This document shows, in pieces, positions 9,534-18,884 of a stretch of 64,000 nucleotides of DNA. Origin of the DNA: a virus (Duplodnaviria; Caudoviricetes). The notes under the pieces were generated by a model, which was not told the DNA's origin, did no database searches, and saw only the letters and a list, made by a program, of their open reading frames with translations. The position numbers and the translations under genes are program-made. The DNA is taken from the IMG/VR virus record IMGVR_UViG_3300034095_001474, positions 96,001 to 160,000 of that record. One strand, 5' to 3'. Numbering within the stretch: position 1 is the first letter of the stretch; each line of letters starts with the position of its first letter.

Positions 9534-9632
9534 AGTAGGACTTAAAGGGAACCACTCATTTCTATCCCTTCATCAAACGGTAATTATCCGTTATTTGGCG
9601 TAATCCATACATTGCTGCACGTGTATCCTACT
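9534..9632 (-). ncRNA. CAGCAA-motif stem RNA (copy J)
   Basis: AGTAGGA/TCCTACT closing stem, GTGCAGCAA near the 5' end. Confidence 0.45.
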
Positions 9633-9637
9633 TATTG

Positions 9638-9709
9638 AGCGAGAAATGGGATTCGAACCCACGACCCTCTGGTTGGTAACCAGATGCTCTACCACTGAGC
9701 TATTCTCGC
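9638..9709 (-). tRNA. tRNA-Gly(ACC), A34
   Basis: GCGAGAA/TTCTCGC acceptor, U73, TCTGG-TT ACC AA-CCAGA. Confidence 0.88.
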
Positions 9710-9713
9710 ATTG

Positions 9714-9786
9714 AGCTAAAAATCAGAATCGAACTGATAACCTCTTCATTACTAGTGAAGTGCTCTACCAATTGAGCTATTTCAGC
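9714..9786 (-). tRNA. tRNA-Thr(AGT), A34
   Basis: Cloverleaf, CTTCA-CT AGT AA-TGAAG. Confidence 0.88.
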
Positions 9787-9845
9787 ATTGAGTGTGGTAG
9801 GTCAGCTGAACCTTGAGGCACCCACACTAGTTATCCCTCTTTTTG

Positions 9846-9916
9846 TGCAGAATGAGGGAGTCAAACCCTCGCCTCGGACTTGGAAGGCCCATGTGCTTTC
9901 GTAACACCTATTCTGC
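9846..9916 (-). tRNA. tRNA-Gly(TCC), somewhat degenerate
   Basis: GCAGAAT/ATTCTGC, TGGGC-CT TCC AA-GTCCG, T loop TTTGACT. Confidence 0.72.
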
Positions 9917-10008
9917 AAATTTCGAAGAAAGACAGTCACGGCCACCGCTGGAAATTCTTCTAATGTTAAAGTTTTGGCAAAATGTGGCTCGACCCAAATT
10001 AACACTTG

Positions 10009-10081
10009 AGCCTCAGATGGGACTCGAACCCATAACCTACTGATTACAAATCAGTTGCACAGCCAATCGTGCTCCAGAGGC
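10009..10081 (-). tRNA. tRNA-Thr(TGT)
   Basis: ACTGA-TT TGT AA-TCAGT. Confidence 0.88.
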
Positions 10082-10153
10082 AAATTGATTTTTATTATCC
10101 CCTTGAACTATGTCAAGTACATGGTTAAAAATCTAAATTCTACCTTAACTAAG

Positions 10154-10235
10154 TGAGGCTAGTAGGAATCGAACCTACTCAGCTTACGCAACAGATTTAC
10201 AGTCTGCCCCAGCTCTCCAACTCTGGCGTATCCCC
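10154..10235 (-). tRNA. tRNA-Tyr(GTA)
   Basis: GCAGA-CT GTA AA-TCTGT, long variable arm. Confidence 0.88.
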
Positions 10236-10242
10236 AAATAAC

Positions 10243-10302
10243 AGAATGGCATGTTGATTTTCAAATCCAAATTGAAGCTTTTTAATTTGCTGCAACCATT
10301 CT
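10243..10302 (-). ncRNA. CAGCAA-motif stem RNA (copy A) with an anticodon-like hairpin
   Basis: AGAATGG/CCATTCT stem, TTGCAGCAA, inner TTCAA-TTTGGAT-TTGAA. Confidence 0.5.
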
Positions 10303-10306
10303 TTAG

Positions 10307-10380
10307 ATGTCCGAGAGGGCTTCGAACCCCCAGATTCTCCCTTCAAAGGGGAGTGACTTTGCCAGTTTGTCTATCGGACA
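10307..10380 (-). tRNA. tRNA-Gln(TTG)
   Basis: U1-A72, CTCCC-CT TTG AA-GGGAG. Confidence 0.9.
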
Positions 10381-10437
10381 ATAATCTAATTCTACGCTCC
10401 GTTGCACACGGTCTATGAATTAGTAACAATCTGACAG

Positions 10438-10511
10438 TCGAATAAGCTGGATTCGAACCAGCGTGCTCGGCATTCCAAATGCCGCTAGATAAACCGCTCC
10501 TATACTACTCG
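10438..10511 (-). tRNA. tRNA-Pro(TGG)
   Basis: CGGCA-TT TGG AA-TGCCG. Confidence 0.86.
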
Positions 10512-10554
10512 TTAAAGTACGTTCCTATGAGTGTACGTACAACTGACCTCAAAA

Positions 10555-11208
10555 TTATTTCCTACCTTTTAACCATCCTTTATTAAGATAGGTATCTATT
10601 TCTTCTTTTTTAATTTTTTTGTTGGTACCATCTTTGGTTATCCAACATGTACCAAATTGTGAATTATTTTCACCACTTCCTTTACCTTTCATTACACTTT
10701 TAAGTAACTTTTTTGTTTCCTCAGAATGTTTCTTATTTTTAAAGTTACCTTCATTAGTCTCAAAATACTTTTTTTGAGACTTACTCATTTTATCTTTATA
10801 CTCTGGTGTTTCTTTTGCTTTAGCTATATTTAACATTCTTTGTTCTTTAGTGTTATTGAAATTGTTAATACCAGCTTCAGTGAAAACTTTTTTATGACTT
10901 TCAGACCAAATACGACCACCACCAGAACCACCCTCTTTTAAATTCATACAATTATTATCATTAATCATATCTGCGGTAATCGCTTTTATTTCAGCTTCAA
11001 TCAATAATTCTCTATTATCAAAGAACTCTAATATCTCTTTAACATGGTTTTTTTTACCATGTTTCCTTATACTATATCTTAATCTCTTTCCACTACCCAT
11101 ATAACCATCATACATGTTACATGTTGAGTGCATACCTATATAATATCTATTTGTCACCAAACAAGTAGTCTTATATAAGTAATGTATGTGCTTTTCTTTC
11201 CTTGCCAT
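10555..11208 (-). CDS. GIY-YIG homing endonuclease (Seg-like, NUMOD3 repeats) between two tRNA-Pro genes
   Basis: YLYKTT...YYIGMH, YMGSG, HSEETKK. Confidence 0.88.
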   Translation of the reverse strand: MARKEKHIHYLYKTTCLVTNRYYIGMHSTCNMYDGYMGSGKRLRYSIRKHGKKNHVKEILEFFDNRELLIEAEIKAITADMINDNNCMNLKEGGSGGGRIWSESHKKVFTEAGINNFNNTKEQRMLNIAKAKETPEYKDKMSKSQKKYFETNEGNFKNKKHSEETKKLLKSVMKGKGSGENNSQFGTCWITKDGTNKKIKKEEIDTYLNKGWLKGRK

Positions 11209-11255
11209 ATATTCTTTTTATATAAATATACTGCAAGGTACAAAAAAGTCAAGTG

Positions 11256-11328
11256 TCTAAATAGCTGGACTCGAACCAGCGGTCTCTGCGTCCCAAACGC
11301 AGCGGAATACCAACTTTCCCATATCTAG
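11256..11328 (-). tRNA. tRNA-Pro(TGG)
   Basis: CTGCG-TT TGG GA-CGCAG. Confidence 0.88.
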
Positions 11329-11422
11329 ATAATTTACATTCCTACTCTTGTATATGTACAACCCAAAATAAACCAATATGTCAAATAACTTTCCTAACTT
11401 GTAAAATGGTGTAGGTACCAAA

Positions 11423-11456
11423 TAAAAAAACCCGAAGTCATTTCTGAAATCGGGTT
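11423..11456 (-). terminator. Attenuator terminator of tRNA operon 1
   Basis: AACCCGA...TCGGGTT followed by a U tract. Confidence 0.8.
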
Positions 11457-11481
11457 TGGAATATCTTGTAATTAAGAAACT

Positions 11482-11577
11482 TTATTCTTCATTACTCAAC
11501 AGATATAACACACCCGATACACTCGGCTTTCCGCCTTGCGTTTGTTTCGGTTGATATGTGATAAATGTTGTTTTCAT
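11482..11577 (-). CDS. Leader peptide of tRNA operon 1 (K/T/Y/Q/P/G)
   Basis: MKTTFITYQPKQTQGGKPSVSGVLYLLSNEE; internal ATCGGGT complementary to the terminator 5' arm. Confidence 0.8.
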   Translation of the reverse strand: MKTTFITYQPKQTQGGKPSVSGVLYLLSNEE

Positions 11578-11649
11578 AATTTCTCTTTTTTTTAAATGGG
11601 TTTTTAGCCCGTTGTTTTAATAAATATAACCTTCTTTCTAAAAGTTATA

Positions 11650-11680
11650 CAAATGTACGAACTTTATTTTGATTTGTCAA
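11650..11680 (-). promoter_or_regulatory. Bacteroidota-type promoter for tRNA operon 1, followed by an ACTTTT-N12-ATATTTAT second promoter motif
   Basis: TTGACA...TACATTTG, i.e. TTG-N20-TAnnTTTG. Confidence 0.8.
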
Positions 11681-12113
11681 GTTTTTTCGTAACTTTTTTT
11701 TGTTTTTTTTCAATTTTATTCATTTCATCCCTTATTTCAGCAGCTTTTTCGTATTCTTCTTCTTCCAAAGCTATCGCCAAAAGTTCTTCAAGTGATTTAT
11801 TTTCTTCAAATGGTACTTCAGAAACTTCTAATTTCACCAAATCACCATCTTCTGTGTTCCATATAGACCTTTTGAAATATAAACCATCTGAATGAAATAA
11901 ATGTATTTCATGTGGTTCACCTAATTCATTGTCTATTTGATGTTGTTTATCAACATCAGTTATTTCTGAAAAGTTTTGTAGACTATCTATAATCTTTTTA
12001 GCTTTTTCTTCATAACTGTCATAATTTTTCTCTTTTCTAGGTCTCCCTCTTTTTTTAGACTTTTTATCGTTGTTATTAAAAAAAGCATCAAAAAGTTCAT
12101 CAAATGTTTCCAT
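11664..12113 (-). CDS. UVR (UvrB/C motif) domain protein
   Basis: LEELLAIALEEEEYEKAAEIRDEM. Confidence 0.7.
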   Translation of the reverse strand: METFDELFDAFFNNNDKKSKKRGRPRKEKNYDSYEEKAKKIIDSLQNFSEITDVDKQHQIDNELGEPHEIHLFHSDGLYFKRSIWNTEDGDLVKLEVSEVPFEENKSLEELLAIALEEEEYEKAAEIRDEMNKIEKKQKKVTKKLDKSK

Positions 12114-12114
12114 A

Positions 12115-12549
12115 TTATTTTTTTTTAGTTAATTTTCTGTGTGTATTCACTGCATGGTATTTAAAAGCCTTGATTGGATTTATATTGTAAAAGTACATAA
12201 ATAATATGAAAAAAGCAAATGCTAACATATACATTATTGATATTGTTAACCAATAACTCTTTGTAAGTAACGTTATTGTATAAACAACTATATCATAACC
12301 CAATGGATTTAAAAATAAAGCAATTGCAATAAATATATTTCCCCAGTTAATTTTCTTTAATTTAAAGAATAAATGTGAAAATAAGAATGATACAAATGCC
12401 AATCCATAAAGAATGTACATTGTAACCCAATAATCGTTTGTTAATTGTGTCAGTTTGAACACTAAAATGTCGAACCCAAATGGGTTTAGAAAAGTCGCTA
12501 TCACCAGACAAACTGTCCCCAGTGCTTTTCTGTTCACCACTATCATCAC
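12115..12549 (-). CDS. Membrane protein with an internal duplication
   Basis: FLNPFGFD...YW and FLNPLGYD...YW repeats. Confidence 0.65.
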   Translation of the reverse strand: MMIVVNRKALGTVCLVIATFLNPFGFDILVFKLTQLTNDYWVTMYILYGLAFVSFLFSHLFFKLKKINWGNIFIAIALFLNPLGYDIVVYTITLLTKSYWLTISIMYMLAFAFFILFMYFYNINPIKAFKYHAVNTHRKLTKKK

Positions 12550-12601
12550 TATCCATCTTGTTTTTTTTAGTTACAATCACATTATATTAATTTTATGATT
12601 C

Positions 12602-13336
12602 TTATTTTTCTTTATTTAATAAATATCCTAGTCCTACAGTTAAGTTATGAATCATAACAACTTTACTGGTGCTAGCATAATTAATAACATCTTGAATCAT
12701 AAATGATAAATGTTTACTAGACTTCAACGTCACCTTTGTGTTTCCAGTTATAATGACATTATTTGTTACCATACTAGGTTGGTAATAATACTCAGTGTAA
12801 AAACCAAATATGTTTTTTTGATAGTTAAATTTAACTCTAACTGAATGTCTTACATTTTCTTTGACACTATTATTAAAATATTCTGTATTTTGATATATAA
12901 TACCATAAGACAACGATAATTTTGAATTCTTGAACTTTTTCTTATAACCAATTCCCAACCCAAACCAATTATCATTCTGCATACTTCTCAACAATGAATA
13001 ATTGTATTGATTATTAACAAATGAAAACACATTTTTATGTTCATGACTTATATTTAATTTATGAGAAAATTCATTTTGATTTATACTTGGTGAAAAACCA
13101 ATAGTATAATTTAGTATTGAATTCAAATCTAAATTTTTAAAGTTGATGCCGTTATTTCCAATATATGTTATGTTTACATTATCTATATTGGATTGTGCTA
13201 ATACTCCAGTCAACGAATTATCAAAGTTGTATCCATTTAATATTTCTGAATTTGTAAAGAAAGCAGTGTCTACTGATAATGAATCTTGTGAAAATAAGTT
13301 AACACTAATAAACAAAAATAAAATTAATAATTTCAT
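12602..13336 (-). CDS. Outer-membrane beta-barrel protein (DUF481-like)
   Basis: Signal peptide, amphipathic strands, C-terminal LTVGLGY. Confidence 0.6.
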   Translation of the reverse strand: MKLLILFLFISVNLFSQDSLSVDTAFFTNSEILNGYNFDNSLTGVLAQSNIDNVNITYIGNNGINFKNLDLNSILNYTIGFSPSINQNEFSHKLNISHEHKNVFSFVNNQYNYSLLRSMQNDNWFGLGIGYKKKFKNSKLSLSYGIIYQNTEYFNNSVKENVRHSVRVKFNYQKNIFGFYTEYYYQPSMVTNNVIITGNTKVTLKSSKHLSFMIQDVINYASTSKVVMIHNLTVGLGYLLNKEK

Positions 13337-13653
13337 AAATATTTCCTAAAACTAAATAAACGTCTCTTTTTCAAATATGTCAAATCATGGTCATTACCAT
13401 ATGCTTCTTTTTCAAATGAAATATTCATATACCCTTTGGTATACAATTCAATCAGATACCATATATAAAAAGGTATAATCAACATCTCTATTTGCTGCCT
13501 CAAATGAATTCTCTCATGATTTATCAATTCAGCATCAATTATTGTATCAGATGCAATGAATATAAAGGGCCAGAATGCTAGACCCCTTATACCACCACTG
13601 TTACCAAAGAACAATCCGAAAAATCTTAACGCTCTATCGCTTACTACTATCAT
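13333..13653 (-). CDS. HExxH-containing small membrane protein
   Basis: INHERIHLRQQ, ISFEKEAY. Confidence 0.65.
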   Translation of the reverse strand: MIVVSDRALRFFGLFFGNSGGIRGLAFWPFIFIASDTIIDAELINHERIHLRQQIEMLIIPFYIWYLIELYTKGYMNISFEKEAYGNDHDLTYLKKRRLFSFRKYL

Positions 13654-13895
13654 ATAGGAAACATTTTATATTGGTTTGGAGAAAGTAGTTCCCATTTTTT
13701 TATTTCACCATCAACATCATTTATCTTTTTTTTAAGAATATTACGTTGTGTATCAAGTAATTTTAGTGCAGTACTATGCTCATGTTTCAAAGAATTCAAT
13801 TCTCTAATTTTAGCAGCAATTTCTTCTGGACCATAAATAGCACTATCTTTATTTTCAGTTAATAATGCTAATTTTTTCTTAATCATATCTTTCAT
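13650..13895 (-). CDS. Hypothetical protein with N-terminal IKKKL..LTE motif
   Basis: ORF track; ATATTTAT motif upstream. Confidence 0.6.
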   Translation of the reverse strand: MKDMIKKKLALLTENKDSAIYGPEEIAAKIRELNSLKHEHSTALKLLDTQRNILKKKINDVDGEIKKWELLSPNQYKMFPI

Positions 13896-13929
13896 ATTTA
13901 CAATTTATATATATAAATATGATGAAAGT

Positions 13930-14763
13930 TTATGATTTCAATAATAATTCTTTGATTTCTGTTACAACTTGTCTATGACCGTTGCCATAAGGTTCCCAAG
14001 CCAATCCCATTGCTTTCAAGTCATAATGCTTAACAATAGTACTAACAGTTTCACCTTCTGGAAATCCAACGATATAGATACTATCAGCCAATTCCACTGC
14101 CAAACGAATATCGTGTGTTGAGAATATGATTGTGTTGTATTCATCTGCTGACAATATACGACCAAATGATTCTTTTACTTTCTCAATATTTCCAACATCC
14201 AATCCAGAGAATGGTTCATCCAAAATCATGAAATGCTTAGAAGTAAGCATTTGTTCAATGATTGCAGTTCTTTGTCGTTGACCACCAGATAATTCACCAG
14301 AGTATTTATCTTTGTGTTCCATCAAACCCCAATCTGTTAAGTACTCTTTGATAAGAGCTTCTTTCTCTGGTTTTGTAAGTGTGCTTTTACGCAATGCGTA
14401 TTGGCAAATTTGATAGACAGTCTTATGTCTAAAGATTGTGTACTTTTGGTCAACAAAACCAATATCACCTTCAGCTACTTGCTTAGCATCTGATTTGTCT
14501 TCTGTTTTGAAGTCAGTGATAAGTACTTGACCACTTGTTGGTAACAATAACCCAGTCAATGCTTTGAATAGCGTAGACTTTCCACGACCAGAACGACCAA
14601 TGAATGCTATTGTTTGACCAGTAGACTCATGTCCATCTCTAATGATGTCTTTCTCTACGATTGTAACGTCTTTAAGGATTTGTTTATCCTTTCCGTTTTT
14701 GTCTTTATACCCTACTGATAATTTATCAACGTAAAGTATCGTTTCTTCTGCTCTATAACTCAT
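13930..14763 (-). CDS. ABC transporter ATP-binding subunit (SsuB/TauB-like)
   Basis: GRSGRGKST, LSGGQRQR, LDEPFSGLD, STHD. Confidence 0.93.
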   Translation of the reverse strand: MSYRAEETILYVDKLSVGYKDKNGKDKQILKDVTIVEKDIIRDGHESTGQTIAFIGRSGRGKSTLFKALTGLLLPTSGQVLITDFKTEDKSDAKQVAEGDIGFVDQKYTIFRHKTVYQICQYALRKSTLTKPEKEALIKEYLTDWGLMEHKDKYSGELSGGQRQRTAIIEQMLTSKHFMILDEPFSGLDVGNIEKVKESFGRILSADEYNTIIFSTHDIRLAVELADSIYIVGFPEGETVSTIVKHYDLKAMGLAWEPYGNGHRQVVTEIKELLLKS

Positions 14764-14908
14764 TTTTTAATATTTTAATTTCAATAATCGTACCTATCAA
14801 ATTGAGTGTGCCAATAAATAATGGAAACACCCAATAATCGTTTTTTAAAGATATTATACAAATACCTAAAATTATACCTCTTAATATACCTTTTACATAG
14901 TTAATCAT
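14753..14908 (-). CDS. 51-aa hydrophobic ORF
   Basis: Manual translation MINYVKGILRGIILGICII...; its TAG overlaps the ATPase start. Confidence 0.45.
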   Translation of the reverse strand: MINYVKGILRGIILGICIISLKNDYWVFPLFIGTLNLIGTIIEIKILKNEL

Positions 14909-15044
14909 GATTAACAGTTTTTTCTAATTTAACAATCTTTTTTTCTAGAACCACATTCTTATCTCTTTCTTTATGGAAAGCAACACAATAGGCGATTGAT
15001 ATCATTACCGCAGTAATCAAAGGGAATACTAATTTATTTTCCAT
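14901..15044 (-). CDS. 47-aa ORF with one TM helix
   Basis: Manual translation MENKLVFPLITAVMISIAY... Confidence 0.45.
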   Translation of the reverse strand: MENKLVFPLITAVMISIAYCVAFHKERDKNVVLEKKIVKLEKTVNHD

Positions 15045-15046
15045 GA

Positions 15047-15817
15047 TTAATAGTTTGAATATCTGAATATTAACTTTCTTAATTTTGTTAGAATGAAATC
15101 TAACGACAACCCTACTATGATGATTACGATTTGAACAGCAACTACTTTTCCGTTATCACCAATCTTATCACCATTTTTGATTAAAACGCCTAACCCACCA
15201 GCAGCAATAAGGATACTCTCAATACTTACAAGCATCATCCATACAATCGCTAAGTTTTGTCTAACCAATTCAAATACGTAATCAAAACGACCTTTGATTA
15301 CCACTTCCCAAAGGATTTCCCATCTATTGCAGCCTAGTGTTCTAGCATGGTCGAATTCTTCTTCTGGAATGTCTTTAATCATTTGCATAAGACTCGTTAT
15401 AAGGAATGTTGTCATAAACATTACCAACACCCATACTTGAATAGTTCTTGCATCGTTTACTAGAATAGTAATGTAGAATGCAATACCAGTAAGTGGCAAA
15501 TATCTAAGTTTAGATATAAACGTACCCAATGATTTAAAGACTGGAATAGCTGTCAAATAAGCAAAGAACAAAGAGATTATAACTGAATATAACACTGCTT
15601 GTGCACAAAGCCCTATAGAGCTTCCTAAATGCACCATAAGTCCTTCTGACCATAATGAACCCATACCGTGCAACACTTGTGCTGGAGTTGGGAATAAATG
15701 TGTTGTTCCAACACTACATGCAACCCAAAAAAGGATAATTGCGATTAACCAACCACTTTGAATGAAACCTTTTTTAATTCCAGTTATTGTTTCAAATGGT
15801 GTAAATAATTTTTTCAT
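15047..15817 (-). CDS. ABC transporter permease
   Basis: Multiple TMs; EAA-like loop DHARTLGCNRWEILWEV. Confidence 0.88.
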   Translation of the reverse strand: MKKLFTPFETITGIKKGFIQSGWLIAIILFWVACSVGTTHLFPTPAQVLHGMGSLWSEGLMVHLGSSIGLCAQAVLYSVIISLFFAYLTAIPVFKSLGTFISKLRYLPLTGIAFYITILVNDARTIQVWVLVMFMTTFLITSLMQMIKDIPEEEFDHARTLGCNRWEILWEVVIKGRFDYVFELVRQNLAIVWMMLVSIESILIAAGGLGVLIKNGDKIGDNGKVVAVQIVIIIVGLSLDFILTKLRKLIFRYSNY

Positions 15818-15932
15818 ATTTCTTTTATTTTAAATTTATAATACAAATGTACAAATTCTTTTTTAATAAACCTAATTTTAATAAAAAAACCCTAATATTT
15901 CTATTAGGGTTTTGAATTATATATATCGGTTG

Positions 15933-17777
15933 TTATTTTAACAATGTGATATCAACACGTCTGTTTGCCGCTTTACCACTTGCTGTTGCGTTGCTACCTA
16001 TTGGGTTAGCATCACCTTTACCAGTTACGATTTGGAAACGTTGTGAAGAAATACCTCGACTAGTTAAGTAATTAGCTACAGATTGAGCACGTCCTTGTGA
16101 AAGTGATACGTTAGAACTATGATTACCTACGTTGTCAGTATAACCGATTATGTTTAATTTAGCATCTTCAGCTTGAACAAGTAAGTTATAGATTGTTTCC
16201 AAGTCTCTTTCAGAACCTTCAATCGTTGCACTACCAGTAGCGAAGTTGATATTCCAATGACCAGAAGCCATAACTGTTGTTTTTGTTGCTGCATAGCTAA
16301 TCGCCTCAGTTTTACCAGCATATAAACCATCTTTGATAGAAGATAAGAAGTATAAGTTAACTGCATCTTCGTAAGCAACAACACCACTAGGACAAGATTC
16401 ATTGAAACCACATGGGTTCAAGTCAGTCAAGTATGCAGAGATTTGATTGTATACTGCTTTGTAACGATTTTTGTTATCACCACCCAAACCAAAGTATTGT
16501 TCAGCATCAGCATAGTTAAATACTCGTGTACCACCTACGTTGTAATCCAATCCAGCTTTTGTACCTTTTTGTCCTTTGAACATGTTGTACCAGTAGTCAG
16601 CGTTTTCAAAGTCATAAGTTGTAGCAACACATTCAGCAGCCTTACGAGCCCATTTGTCATATAACTTGATTTGGTTACAAGCAACGTATGTTTGTTTCAA
16701 GATTGCTTTAACTTCTTTCTCATGTAACAAAGCCCATTCTTTTACTACGATGATTGATGTTGCCATTTGGTTAACAAAGTCTTTTGTAGATACAACATCA
16801 GTAAAGCCAGTCAAAGCATCGAAAGCCATCTTATCTCCAGGTGTCCACGTTGTAGCACCATCAATTTTGTGGTCAACAGTTTTACCAGTCAATTTACCAT
16901 CAATTACTTCTTTCAAAGGTACAGTATATCCCATGTTTTGAGATTTGATAAGTTCTTTTACAGAGTTGATATAGTCATCATCTTGAGAAGGTACAAAGTT
17001 GATTGCGTTAGCATCATAAGTTGTTGGGTCTGGATTTACTGGAATCTTGTTAGCAGATGCATAGTTTACAGCAACTACCCAGTCACCATCGCCAATTACT
17101 GATGATATTACAGCACCTCTAAGAGTTTGTGGGTTATCTTTCCAAATTTTTGGTCCGATTAATTTATCTTCTCCACATGATAATCCGATAGCACCGATGT
17201 TTTGTACGTGGTATTTACCTTTACCAAACTTGCTATCCAACGATTGTTGTGTAGTTGTTATGTAGAAAGGAACACCATCACCCATGATAGATACAGCAAA
17301 TGCTGATTTATCAGATTTAGGATAGTCAACACCTTTTGAAAATTCTTCTACAAACTTAACTTGCATATCACGTAAACCACCAACCATGTCTTGACGAACG
17401 ATTTCTAAGTTTACACCAGCAGCTTCCATTAGAGACCCACTAGTTGTACGAGGACCACCATTTGCTACAATCATACCAGAGTTACCATTCCATGCATACT
17501 CAGCGATTCTAATTAATCCGTTTCCAGATACTACACTAGATGCTGTTGTTGTCGGCAAAGGTAGTAAATCACCTTTAGTAACGTTGTTTAACTCGTCTGT
17601 ATCGATATCTAAACTAGATAACTCTTTAGACACTGCTACTCTCAATCCAGGGGCAGCCACATAGACAATACCTAAAACGATTGCTAACCCTAAACCCATA
17701 ATAAGGGCTTTACTTAATTTAGTTAAACGAGCCCATTTTGCTGTTAAACCACTTTGTGTTCCATTTACATTTTCCAT
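15933..17777 (-). CDS. Membrane-anchored substrate-binding protein fused to a C-terminal OmpA peptidoglycan-binding domain
   Basis: N-terminal TM; INFATGSA...GYTDNVG...LSQGRAQSV...NRRVDI. Confidence 0.8.
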   Translation of the reverse strand: MENVNGTQSGLTAKWARLTKLSKALIMGLGLAIVLGIVYVAAPGLRVAVSKELSSLDIDTDELNNVTKGDLLPLPTTTASSVVSGNGLIRIAEYAWNGNSGMIVANGGPRTTSGSLMEAAGVNLEIVRQDMVGGLRDMQVKFVEEFSKGVDYPKSDKSAFAVSIMGDGVPFYITTTQQSLDSKFGKGKYHVQNIGAIGLSCGEDKLIGPKIWKDNPQTLRGAVISSVIGDGDWVVAVNYASANKIPVNPDPTTYDANAINFVPSQDDDYINSVKELIKSQNMGYTVPLKEVIDGKLTGKTVDHKIDGATTWTPGDKMAFDALTGFTDVVSTKDFVNQMATSIIVVKEWALLHEKEVKAILKQTYVACNQIKLYDKWARKAAECVATTYDFENADYWYNMFKGQKGTKAGLDYNVGGTRVFNYADAEQYFGLGGDNKNRYKAVYNQISAYLTDLNPCGFNESCPSGVVAYEDAVNLYFLSSIKDGLYAGKTEAISYAATKTTVMASGHWNINFATGSATIEGSERDLETIYNLLVQAEDAKLNIIGYTDNVGNHSSNVSLSQGRAQSVANYLTSRGISSQRFQIVTGKGDANPIGSNATASGKAANRRVDITLLK

Positions 17778-17879
17778 TTTTTTTCTTTTTTAATTGTTAT
17801 TTTTTAAACTTATAATACAAATGTAAGGAGAATATTTCAATTCTCCAAACATTTTTGTAATTATTTTTATTTTTTTTTT

Positions 17880-18701
17880 TTAGTATCTTAAACTAACTTT
17901 CTCTCTACGTCTAAAATTATAGATGTTTTCAATCATTAATTTACATTGTTCTCTATTAGCACAATCATACAATGCATTTGTTTGAGTTTTTAATTTACCC
18001 AAAAATTCTTTGTGGTTATAATTTTCATTTTGTAAAATTTGAATCATAGTACCAACAAAAACACTTTTATTGTATCCAGTGAAAAATTGTTTAAAATCTC
18101 TGATTTTGTCAGCCCATTCTTGTGCGATATCAAAATCTCTACCTTTCCAAGTTCCTTCTTCAAAAACTTGAGACATTTTCATTACTGAGTCACCATTAAC
18201 ACCTCTATTTTTTTGGTTAGCAAAACTGCCACTAGAAGTTGATTTGTTTGAACACAAAGAAATTGAATCAGTAAAACTAAAATCTGCATTGTTTTCAATA
18301 AATGTTCTTAATTTAATGTAAGAAATTTCACCCATGTCAGCATAACCTTCCATAAAATCTTTTTTGGTCCAGTTTTTTTGGTTTAAATTAAGTGTGTGAA
18401 CGTCAGTTAACGTATACCCATCTAACATAATGTAATAGAAACTGATATTTGCTTTTTTAGCCGCAAAAAATCTGTGTTGTCCATCAATTATCTCATAACT
18501 TCTATTTACTATGATTGGATTACATAATAAACCATTATCAAGAATACTATTATATAGTCTATTGATATGTTTAGGGTTTGGTGGTCTATTACCATCAATA
18601 CTTTTAAACTTTGAATAGTCGTTTGTTACATAAACGTTAATCCCAGTCATCTCTGTTACAGCTTCATCAAATAATGTTGGCTCTGTTGTTAAATTTTCCA
18701 T
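17880..18701 (-). CDS. ParB/Srx-like domain protein
   Basis: NRP...PIIVN...IIDGQHR. Confidence 0.7.
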   Translation of the reverse strand: MENLTTEPTLFDEAVTEMTGINVYVTNDYSKFKSIDGNRPPNPKHINRLYNSILDNGLLCNPIIVNRSYEIIDGQHRFFAAKKANISFYYIMLDGYTLTDVHTLNLNQKNWTKKDFMEGYADMGEISYIKLRTFIENNADFSFTDSISLCSNKSTSSGSFANQKNRGVNGDSVMKMSQVFEEGTWKGRDFDIAQEWADKIRDFKQFFTGYNKSVFVGTMIQILQNENYNHKEFLGKLKTQTNALYDCANREQCKLMIENIYNFRRREKVSLRY

Positions 18702-18884
18702 TTTATTTTATTTTTATATTGTTACTTTTTTATTTCGCAAGTCTAAGAAACTACCCTTATCGGTCTAAAACTCATCTTACTTTGGTAATACTCATATCGG
18801 GAACCACATACCCATAATATCTTGTCCACTCCTTCAAACCCCGTTGATAAGACTTGGGTGCTACTCGAACAGTTTTTTAGTGTA

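Noticed and set aside
9802-10043. ORF-track ORFs 9802..10005 and 9843..10043
   Set aside because: They overlap tRNA genes. The same applies to 20959..21281, 24621..25156, 26766..26963, 27152..27559, 46177..46365, 47035..47250, 47951..48214 and 48348..48656.
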